Shown here: in pieces, positions 31,157 through 37,780 of the stretch
Position numbering within the stretch: the first letter of the stretch is position 1
Layout of the letters: every line of letters begins with the position of its first letter
Virus record (IMG/VR): IMGVR_UViG_3300015202_000002
Location: 1 to 38,013 of that record
DNA length: 38,013 bases
DNA from: a virus
Reading direction: 5' to 3' (one strand)
Position numbers and translations under genes: made by a program
Notes under the pieces: model-generated
What the model was told of the DNA's origin: nothing
Databases searched by the model: none
Seen by the model: the letters and a program-made list of their open reading frames with translations, nothing else

Positions 31157-32977
31157 ATGCAAGCTAAAGAAGTATCGCAACAATTGGCACAACGTGCTGA
31201 GGATATAGCAAGGAGACTTTATCCTGATGGTAAGCGACATGGAAGCGAATGGTGTGTAGGCAATCTTTCTGGAGAAACGGGAAATTCATTAAAAATTAAC
31301 ATAAAAGGCACGAAAGCAGGTGTTTGGTGTGATTTCGCAACAGGTGAAGGCGGTGATTTGCTGGATTTATGGGCTAAGAAAAATAATCTCTCAATCGGGC
31401 AAGCATTGAAAGAAGCATGTGACCATCTTGGAATTAAAAAACAGCATTTTGAATTTCATAAGCCTAAACAGTTTTCAAAACCTAAGATACAGGAATTTGA
31501 TTTAATACCTAAAATATCGAATGTTGTTCAGTATTTAACCGAAGAACGTCATTTGAGTATTGAAACAATCAATGCGTTCAAAGTGAACCAAATGGGGCAA
31601 GATATTGTATTTCCGTATATTCGTGATGGCGAAGTGGTTTTTATCAAGTATCTAAATCTTGAACGAAAAGACGGTAAGAAGATTGTAAGAGTGGAAGCCA
31701 ATTGCGAACCTTGTTTATTCGGGTGGCATTTGATACCCCAAACCGCTAGAGCTGTGACCATATGTGAAGGCGAAATTGATGCTATGACACTATACCAATT
31801 GGGAATCCCAGCTTTGTCGGTTCCATTTGGAGCAGGAAAAGGGAAAAAACACGAGTGGCTTGAGTATGAATATGACAGATTAGCAATATTCGATGAAATT
31901 TATATTTGTATGGATAACGATAGTGAAGGCGAAGTGGCTACAAAGGACATAATAGGCCGTCTAGGCGCTCATCGCTGCAAGATGGTATCCTTACCCCTAA
32001 AAGACCCAAATGAATGCCTTCAAGAGGGTTTAAATGCGGAAATGGTGCAAGGGTATTTCAAAGAAGCTAAAACTCTTGATCCAGAAGAATTAAAGAAGCT
32101 TGGATTTTTCTTTGATGTAACGATTAATGAAATGTACCCGTTGGATGGTGTCATTGTCGGCTATGAACCTCCTTGGGATAAATGCAAAAATAAAATTTTA
32201 TTCAGGCCATCCGAATTATCTGTTTGGAGCGGCATAAATGGACATGGTAAAAGTCAGTTCTTAGGTCAGGTAATGTTAGGCATTATGAATCAAGGGGCAA
32301 AGATTTGTATGGCGAGCCTTGAATTAAAACCAAGTAAGCTTATTGCTCGTCTAGTCAAGCAAGCTTCGGCTATGTCATTACCTAGTCAAGATTATTTAAA
32401 ATCAGTAATAGCTCATTACAATGACAATATGTGGTTATTCAATCTGATTGGTAATGCAAAATCAGGTCGATTGCTTGAAGTGTTCAAGTACGCAAGACAA
32501 CGATATGGGGTTGATGTTTTTGTGATAGATTCGTTCATGATGATGGATATAGCCGAAGATGATTACAAAGCTCAAAAATCATTTATGGAAAAATTGTGCG
32601 AATTTAAAAATCAATACGATTGTCATGTTCACATTGTTGTTCATCCTAGAAAAGGCACCGATGAAGCCACAGCACCAAATAAAATGGATTACAAGGGGAC
32701 TGGAGCAATTAGCGATTTAGCAGATAATTGCTTTTCAGTTTGGAGAAATAAAGCCAAAGAACACGCAGTACAAAAACAAAGCCAAGGCTATTCATTAACC
32801 GAAAAAGAAGCTTTGAATTTAGACAAACCAGATGGTTTGTGGATTTGCGACAAGCAAAGACATGGTGATTGGGAAGGCGGTTTAGCATTTTGGTTTGATT
32901 TGCCTACCTATCAATATCTAGAAAGCGAAGGTAGGAAGCCTAAGCCTTTTGTGAATTATTCATGCTTACAAGACTAA
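31157..32977 (+). CDS. Bifunctional primase-helicase (zinc-binding + Toprim + DnaB/RecA-type NTPase)
   Basis: WCVGNLSGETGNSLKINIKGTKAGVWCDFATGEGGDLLDLW; Toprim ICEGEIDAMT...MDND.EG; Walker A GINGHGKSQF; Walker B VFVIDS. Confidence 0.88.
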   Translation: MQAKEVSQQLAQRAEDIARRLYPDGKRHGSEWCVGNLSGETGNSLKINIKGTKAGVWCDFATGEGGDLLDLWAKKNNLSIGQALKEACDHLGIKKQHFEFHKPKQFSKPKIQEFDLIPKISNVVQYLTEERHLSIETINAFKVNQMGQDIVFPYIRDGEVVFIKYLNLERKDGKKIVRVEANCEPCLFGWHLIPQTARAVTICEGEIDAMTLYQLGIPALSVPFGAGKGKKHEWLEYEYDRLAIFDEIYICMDNDSEGEVATKDIIGRLGAHRCKMVSLPLKDPNECLQEGLNAEMVQGYFKEAKTLDPEELKKLGFFFDVTINEMYPLDGVIVGYEPPWDKCKNKILFRPSELSVWSGINGHGKSQFLGQVMLGIMNQGAKICMASLELKPSKLIARLVKQASAMSLPSQDYLKSVIAHYNDNMWLFNLIGNAKSGRLLEVFKYARQRYGVDVFVIDSFMMMDIAEDDYKAQKSFMEKLCEFKNQYDCHVHIVVHPRKGTDEATAPNKMDYKGTGAISDLADNCFSVWRNKAKEHAVQKQSQGYSLTEKEALNLDKPDGLWICDKQRHGDWEGGLAFWFDLPTYQYLESEGRKPKPFVNYSCLQD

Positions 32978-33213
32978 CGGACAAAGCTTGTAAAGCAATT
33001 ATTATTCAAATAGCAAAAGAACTGGATGTAGAGGCCAGATTGATTACTACGCGATTAATGAGTGAAGACGATAAGAATGATATGCGTAATGGGGATTTAC
33101 CGAAAGACGCGCTTAAACTACATATTCAAGTGTGGAAGCAATCAGTTTATCCCGATTACGCGCATGGAAAAACAATACCGCTTGCAGAGGAACAACAAGC
33201 GGTATTAATCTAA
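32962..33213 (+). CDS. Hypothetical protein (83 aa)
   Basis: Track ORF overlapping the helicase end. Converges on the leftward operon. Confidence 0.55.
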   Translation: MLTRLTDKACKAIIIQIAKELDVEARLITTRLMSEDDKNDMRNGDLPKDALKLHIQVWKQSVYPDYAHGKTIPLAEEQQAVLI

Positions 33214-33401
33214 GCAGCAAGAAAGTTTTCTAACTGCTCTAAAAGAATATTATCATTAGGATGTGAAAACACTTTTCTTCTACGACCCAACAAAATACTA
33301 ACTATCAATTCATCTTCTATCGTAGTAACATTCACAGCACACTTCTTTTTCTTTTCTACAATCTTCCAAATCACTGGCATTATCTTATTTATAAAGTCCA
33401 T
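33210..33401 (-). CDS. Hypothetical protein (63 aa)
   Basis: Last gene of the leftward 4-gene operon. Confidence 0.55.
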   Translation of the reverse strand: MDFINKIMPVIWKIVEKKKKCAVNVTTIEDELIVSILLGRRRKVFSHPNDNILLEQLENFLAA

Positions 33402-33599
33402 TTATCCTTCTCCATTTTCCAATAGCCCGATATGGCCTATTGCTGCAAATCTAGCTTGAATCTCTGTATCAAACCATTCATCAGATTCCCTTATGACTTC
33501 ATCTTTGTAAAAGGAATCATAAATACGATACAACCAATGGTCAGGACAATCCACATCATGAAAGACTTCAAATTCATAATAACTGTATTTTTCTATCAT
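33402..33599 (-). CDS. Strongly acidic small protein (65 aa)
   Basis: Track ORF with many Asp/Glu and aromatic residues. Confidence 0.6.
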   Translation of the reverse strand: MIEKYSYYEFEVFHDVDCPDHWLYRIYDSFYKDEVIRESDEWFDTEIQARFAAIGHIGLLENGEG

Positions 33600-33745
33600 G
33601 CTGCTAACTCCTCATCACGCCAAGACTCATAGGCTTCATCACAAGATTGGTAATAACGATTATCGCAATCATCACATAACCCACAACTTCCGTGGCACTC
33701 ATTTTCATCACCATGCCAACCGTCCATCATTCCTCGATAACTCAT
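33596..33745 (-). CDS. Cys-rich acidic small protein (49 aa, below cutoff)
   Basis: MSYRGMMDGWHGDENECHGSCGLCDDCDNRYYQSCDEAYESWRDEELAA. ATGA overlaps at both ends. Confidence 0.55.
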   Translation of the reverse strand: MSYRGMMDGWHGDENECHGSCGLCDDCDNRYYQSCDEAYESWRDEELAA

Positions 33746-33984
33746 GCTGCAACCTCCATGTTTAATTCACAGTATTGTTTGAATTTGGGAATCATTCCCA
33801 CTAGTTCATCTAAGCATTTACTTGATTTATGTATAAGGCCATCAACCCAGAATCGATACTCAATGGATTCATCACCAGAACAAGTATGACACCAGATATT
33901 TATTTCTACGTTAGCTGATTTACCGACATTGACACGAACCCAGTTAGCTAATTCGCGTAATTGATTGATTTGTTCATTCATCAT
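33742..33984 (-). CDS. Hypothetical protein (80 aa), first gene of the leftward operon
   Basis: Track ORF with an AGGAG SD 7 nt upstream on the minus strand. Confidence 0.65.
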   Translation of the reverse strand: MMNEQINQLRELANWVRVNVGKSANVEINIWCHTCSGDESIEYRFWVDGLIHKSSKCLDELVGMIPKFKQYCELNMEVAA

Positions 33985-34001
33985 TATAAAACTCCTATCT
34001 C

Positions 34002-34030
34002 TGGTTAAAATTAAATCTTTCTTTGGTTAA
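34002..34030 (-). promoter_or_regulatory. Leader direct repeats TGGTTAA x2 (plus-strand reading)
   Basis: TGGTTAA at 34002-34008 and 34024-34030. CTCTGGTTAAA is shared with 26087-26097. Confidence 0.5.
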
Positions 34031-34037
34031 CGAGACT

Positions 34038-34066
34038 ATTATGACAATGTTAATAACGTTTGTCAA
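34038..34066 (-). promoter_or_regulatory. Leftward sigma70-type promoter with a 24-bp palindromic operator (paralog of 26175-26203)
   Basis: Minus strand: TTGACA (34066-34061), N17, CATAAT (34043-34038). Palindrome TGACAA-N12-TTGTCA at 34042-34065, with the same geometry as the first site. Confidence 0.7.
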
Positions 34067-34155
34067 ATACAATTTACAATAATAATAATTATTACTTTCT
34101 GTAGCGTTAAGCTTGTGTTAGTATTTAATGATTGATTAAGCTAAGGATAGCTATA

Positions 34156-34386
34156 ATGAAGTTATGTATTCGATGTGGTGGTACAGGACGATATTTAGGT
34201 AATGGAATGATGATGACGGATTGCAAGTTATGTGACGATAAAGGTGACCCAATCCCTACTATTAATAAGATTGACCGTAAATCAAGTTCATACCAGAAGG
34301 CTATAAAAGATATTATGGCTATAAACCCTACTATATCCCGTTCCGAGGCTGTTAAGATGTTTGATAAGGCTTATGACAAAGTTTGA
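34156..34386 (+). CDS. Small protein with DnaJ-type CxxCxGxG zinc motif (76 aa)
   Basis: ATG 34156 after TAAGGATA. CIRCGGTG...CKLCDDKG. Confidence 0.6.
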   Translation: MKLCIRCGGTGRYLGNGMMMTDCKLCDDKGDPIPTINKIDRKSSSYQKAIKDIMAINPTISRSEAVKMFDKAYDKV

Positions 34387-34394
34387 GGTCAAGG

Positions 34395-34928
34395 ATGACT
34401 AAGAAAACAGAGGAAAAGTTGACAAAGCCAAAAGCTAAAGTTGACAAAGTACCTAAGAAAATGGGAAGACCCACTGATTATACGCCTGAATTGGCAGAGC
34501 GTATTTGTGAATTGGTTGCTATACATGATATGGGATTAGCTCGATTGACCGCTGAGTTCCCCGATTTGCCTGATAAGTCGAATATCAATAGATGGCGTAG
34601 GAGATATGATGACTTTCGCGTCAAGTACGCACAGGCTAAATGCCAACAGCTTGAATTTATGACCGAAGATATTCTCGAAATCGCTGATGATGGTAAGAAT
34701 GATTGGATGGAAAGTTATGATAAAAATACTGGTTGTGTTAGCTGGCGTGTAAACGGTGAACACATTCAACGCTCAAGAGTGCGAATCGATACACGTAAAT
34801 GGTTAGCCGCAAAACTAGCTCCAAAGATTTATGGTGATGCGCTTACACAAGAGAATCATAACCCCATTCATGAAGATGTGGTTAAACGTAAGCATGAACT
34901 TGATGAGAAGAACAAAAAGGAATTTTGA
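34395..34928 (+). CDS. terS: Terminase small subunit (HTH type)
   Basis: GRPTDYTPELAERICELVA...INRWRR...FRVKYAQAK...DILEIADD...RVRIDTRKWLAAKLAPKIYGD matches a common phage TerS family pattern as I recall it. Confidence 0.7.
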   Translation: MTKKTEEKLTKPKAKVDKVPKKMGRPTDYTPELAERICELVAIHDMGLARLTAEFPDLPDKSNINRWRRRYDDFRVKYAQAKCQQLEFMTEDILEIADDGKNDWMESYDKNTGCVSWRVNGEHIQRSRVRIDTRKWLAAKLAPKIYGDALTQENHNPIHEDVVKRKHELDEKNKKEF

Positions 34929-35179
34929 TGAGCAAAGCCAAATACATCCATAAACGAGTGGTTGATGATTACATCACCCTCCAAAATTGGTTAATGTCTC
35001 GTAAGCTTGAATCACGAGATGAATGGGATTTGCGCTGCCATGAAATGGATTCACACGAAATGGCAGAGCATCATGGTTATGCTCGAGCCATTGAGAGCAC
35101 AATAGAATTTATGGGTAGTTTAATGAAGTCATGGCCAGACTTAAACACTCATAGAGATAGCTCATCTACCATGACGTAG
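34928..35179 (+). CDS. Hypothetical protein (83 aa)
   Basis: ATG 34928 overlaps the TerS stop (TGATG). Confidence 0.6.
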   Translation: MSKAKYIHKRVVDDYITLQNWLMSRKLESRDEWDLRCHEMDSHEMAEHHGYARAIESTIEFMGSLMKSWPDLNTHRDSSSTMT

Positions 35180-35347
35180 AAGGAGTACTCGGGTTTGTTA
35201 CGGCATTCCCAGCAAGGACGCAGCGTGACTCCATCATGTTTATTGCTAGCAGCCCTCTAGTGCGTGAAATGGGCATTATCTTATCTACCCATGGTAGAAA
35301 AAGCTGAGTAACGGTTATGCCCGCACTCGGGGCTTGCCCCACCTTTT
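35180..35347 (+). ncRNA. Candidate structured non-coding RNA / packaging-site island (G+C-rich)
   Basis: No convincing ORF. Several mutually exclusive helices, and a terminal GGGG-CTTG-CCCC hairpin (35329-35340) followed by ACCTTTT. Confidence 0.3.
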
Positions 35348-35357
35348 ACTTGGTGTC

Positions 35358-35594
35358 ATGAAAATGGTTTATGAGGATTGTATGGAAGAAGATTTTGAAG
35401 CGTTTACATATGTAATTCAGCCGTCATTGCAAGGCGATACAATTCATTTGATATTAGTTTGTTGTCATAATATTACTCAAAAAAACACCAACGCATTGAT
35501 TGACCCTGATAGGCTAAGAGGTGAAGGCAATGGCTATATATTTGGCTTAATGCAGACTTTGACACATATATTAAAAACACAACTGGGATTATAG
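35358..35594 (+). CDS. Hypothetical protein (78 aa)
   Basis: First ATG in track ORF 35334-35594. Weak SD. Confidence 0.5.
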   Translation: MKMVYEDCMEEDFEAFTYVIQPSLQGDTIHLILVCCHNITQKNTNALIDPDRLRGEGNGYIFGLMQTLTHILKTQLGL

Positions 35595-35631
35595 TTCCTT
35601 ACCCAGCGGTAAAGAATAACTAGAGGCCAAC

Positions 35632-35655
35632 ACCGATTCGCTACACTGAATCGGT
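35632..35655 (+). promoter_or_regulatory. Perfect 8-bp hairpin (ACCGATTC / GAATCGGT) in a non-coding gap
   Basis: Stem 35632-35639 with 35648-35655, 8-nt loop, no U-tract after it. Confidence 0.4.
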
Positions 35656-35672
35656 TAGACAATATAGAGGAT

Positions 35673-35888
35673 GTGCGCGGAAAGGGTATAGAGTTTGAAA
35701 TAACTTTACAAGGTCATGACTGGGAAAATGATTTGCATTTTAATCATAGAATCTCAACAAATATGTCTTTGTTTAAAGCGATACCCGAATCTTTACTACA
35801 ACGAATAGAAATTAGTAGAGAAGGTATTGAGCGTGAATATAAAGATATGATTATTAAAAAGGGCAAACACATTAAAAGAGTGAAATAG
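35673..35888 (+). CDS. Hypothetical protein (71 aa), start uncertain
   Basis: The only in-frame start near the 5' end is GTG 35673, 2 nt after GAGG (too close). The next ATG lies far inside. Confidence 0.4.
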   Translation: MRGKGIEFEITLQGHDWENDLHFNHRISTNMSLFKAIPESLLQRIEISREGIEREYKDMIIKKGKHIKRVK

Positions 35889-35891
35889 TTA

Positions 35892-35920
35892 AAGTGTACG
35901 ACCATTAAAATACCAATTTA
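35892..35920 (+). repeat. Conserved intergenic box AAGTGTAC-N11-TACCAATTTA, copy 1
   Basis: Starts 4 nt after a TAG stop. Same spacing and flanks as 37043-37071. Confidence 0.7.
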
Positions 35921-35957
35921 TTTTGTTTTAGTAGATTTTCAGTAATAAGGATATTAC

Positions 35958-36143
35958 ATGACCTTACAAGAATGGATAGACAGTAAATTTGCATTGATAG
36001 CAGAAAATCTACCAACATTGGTTCATGCCGAACCCGCAAGCTTCTCATGTGGATTTAATACTGGATATAAGCAAGCTATGTTGGATTTAGATAGATTTTT
36101 AGAAGATGATTTATTGTTGAATTTACCAGAGGATGAACAATGA
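35958..36143 (+). CDS. Hypothetical acidic protein (61 aa)
   Basis: TAAGGATAT SD. Track ORF. Confidence 0.65.
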   Translation: MTLQEWIDSKFALIAENLPTLVHAEPASFSCGFNTGYKQAMLDLDRFLEDDLLLNLPEDEQ

Positions 36144-36349
36144 GTAATCAACCCTGGGAATGCCCACGATGCAAACGGATTAACGCACCTTTTAACCCAA
36201 CATGCTTTTGTAATCCTGAATCAAATAATTACTCAACAATTGCTGGTGTTTGTCAGGAGTGCGGTGGGTTTTATGGAACATTGAATGGACAAATAAAAAG
36301 ATGTCATTGTGGAAAATGTCTTGGTTGTACCTGTGAGGTGGTGAGTTAA
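36140..36349 (+). CDS. Cys-rich zinc-ribbon protein (69 aa)
   Basis: WECPRCKRINAPFNPTCFC (RanBP2-like spacing) plus CQEC and CHCGKCLGCTC. Confidence 0.6.
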   Translation: MSNQPWECPRCKRINAPFNPTCFCNPESNNYSTIAGVCQECGGFYGTLNGQIKRCHCGKCLGCTCEVVS

Positions 36350-36612
36350 TGAGCTACTTAGACAAAACATTCTGTGCTAGCCCTCAATGTAAAAACGATT
36401 GCGGTAGACGTATGACAGACAGAGAACGCGAACAACTTACTTATGCTCAATCTCAATATGTTAGTTACGGTTACTTTTGCGGTGAGCATGAGCTAATACC
36501 TACAGACACCAATGAAGACTTGATGCCTAAAGGAACCATAACAATAGATTTAACACCGCCATTACCCGAAGGCATGACAATACTTAACGGTGTACAAGAA
36601 TTAGCTAAATGA
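36349..36612 (+). CDS. Hypothetical Cys-containing protein (87 aa)
   Basis: Track ORF with TAATG coupling. Confidence 0.6.
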   Translation: MSYLDKTFCASPQCKNDCGRRMTDREREQLTYAQSQYVSYGYFCGEHELIPTDTNEDLMPKGTITIDLTPPLPEGMTILNGVQELAK

Positions 36613-36848
36613 AAGACATTAACAAAATGCGCTTAGGCGTATTGCGTGAGCTAAAAGGGATCATCAGGTTCTTTGAAGACATGGAGAAAGGAGTAAAAAG
36701 CCGAGACCCATCACGCATTTATCCGGCGTATATTTTTATTAGTACGCTAGCCTATCACATGAACGAAGGGGATTTAAGCCCGTTGGACATTGAGTTGAAG
36801 CAAGCTTTGTTACATGACGATCATATGAGAAGTTTATTGGAGAGTTAA
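36609..36848 (+). CDS. Hypothetical protein (79 aa)
   Basis: Track ORF with ATGA coupling. Confidence 0.6.
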   Translation: MKDINKMRLGVLRELKGIIRFFEDMEKGVKSRDPSRIYPAYIFISTLAYHMNEGDLSPLDIELKQALLHDDHMRSLLES

Positions 36849-36850
36849 TT

Positions 36851-37039
36851 ATGTACAAGTGTTTATATTGTGATAATCCAGCAATACATACTAAATACAT
36901 GGTCATACCAGGGCATATAATTGTTCCAAATGCGTATGATTTATGTGATGACCATGAGCATAAAGAGATTGGTTATTATCATATTTATAATGATGACGGC
37001 ACAAAAAAGTCGGATAATTTAAAAGATATTCTCCCTTAG
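36851..37039 (+). CDS. Hypothetical Cys/His protein (62 aa)
   Basis: Track ORF. CLYC...CDDHEH. Confidence 0.6.
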   Translation: MYKCLYCDNPAIHTKYMVIPGHIIVPNAYDLCDDHEHKEIGYYHIYNDDGTKKSDNLKDILP

Positions 37040-37042
37040 CTC

Positions 37043-37071
37043 AAGTGTACTTTAACTAAAGTACCAATTTA
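37043..37071 (+). repeat. Conserved intergenic box AAGTGTAC-N11-TACCAATTTA, copy 2
   Basis: Starts 4 nt after a TAG stop. Here it also forms the hairpin GTACTTTA-AC-TAAAGTAC (37047-37064). Confidence 0.7.
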
Positions 37072-37094
37072 GTTTGAATTAATAGGTTTTTAGT

Positions 37095-37406
37095 ATGAAT
37101 GAGTGGATTAGTGTTAAAGAAAGATTGCCTTCAAAAAACTATAAAGTTCTATTCCACTGGGTTTGTCCAGATGACAATAAAAACGTATCTATGGGCTATT
37201 TATGTAATGAAGGCTGGGACATTTATTTGCCTTATCATTCATTCAAGATGTGTCCAGAGAAATTAAAAGTCACTCATTGGATGGAATTACCCGATTATCC
37301 AAAAGATGTACCCAAAAAAATGGAAATGGATGAACGAACAAAAGAGTTTGCTAAACGATTTATAGATGAGAACGCAGATTTACTTAAGAGGCTAGCTGAT
37401 CGATGA
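37095..37406 (+). CDS. DUF551-family protein
   Basis: EWISVKERLP...VTHWMELPDYP matches the DUF551 pattern. Confidence 0.7.
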   Translation: MNEWISVKERLPSKNYKVLFHWVCPDDNKNVSMGYLCNEGWDIYLPYHSFKMCPEKLKVTHWMELPDYPKDVPKKMEMDERTKEFAKRFIDENADLLKRLADR

Positions 37407-37780
37407 AGAAAAAATCAATAGAAAAGCTTGAAGCATTATATAAACGAATTCCTGAGATTGAATGTAAAGGACTTTGTCATCCAAGTTGTTCTATTGTTCC
37501 AGCCGAAGATATTGAAATAAAAAGAGCTCGAAAAAAGATGAGTTACAATCCTTTTCGAGTCTCGAATAAAGACCTCGAAGAAGCCAAAACCACTGGGAAA
37601 ATACCAAGTTGTGGTGCGTTGAAGAATAATAGATGTACAATCTATAGCGAAAGACCCGCAATATGCCGACTCTATGGCTCTGCGGAAGGATTAGAGTGTC
37701 CTTTTGGATGTGAACCTAAGAAACCAAAACTCAGTAAGCAGGAAGCTTACTCCATAATAAGGGAAATAAGAGACGTATGA
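37403..37780 (+). CDS. YkgJ-family (CxxCxxCC-type) cysteine-cluster protein
   Basis: CKGLCHPSC ... SCGALKNNRCTIYSERPAICRLYG fits the zinc/iron-chelating YkgJ domain. Its stop overlaps the TerL start (ATGA). Confidence 0.65.
   Translation: MKKKSIEKLEALYKRIPEIECKGLCHPSCSIVPAEDIEIKRARKKMSYNPFRVSNKDLEEAKTTGKIPSCGALKNNRCTIYSERPAICRLYGSAEGLECPFGCEPKKPKLSKQEAYSIIREIRDV

Noticed and set aside
27776-34769. Nested or antisense track ORFs in the early region (27776-27967-, 28136-28501-, 29295-29519+, 29949-30176-, 30495-30683-, 30721-31008-, 31549-31761-, 33432-33632+, 33692-33889+, 34536-34769-)
   Set aside because: Same reasoning. 29949-30176(-) partly covers the non-coding gap, but it has no SD and a Leu/Lys/Ile-rich composition typical of AT-rich antisense frames.
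35180-35357. Group I intron or hammerhead-type ribozyme interrupting a gene
   Set aside because: The region is too short for a group I core. The flanking ORFs have their own stop and start and do not join into a recognisable protein. CTGAGTA at 35303-35309 does not fit the CUGANGA hammerhead core.
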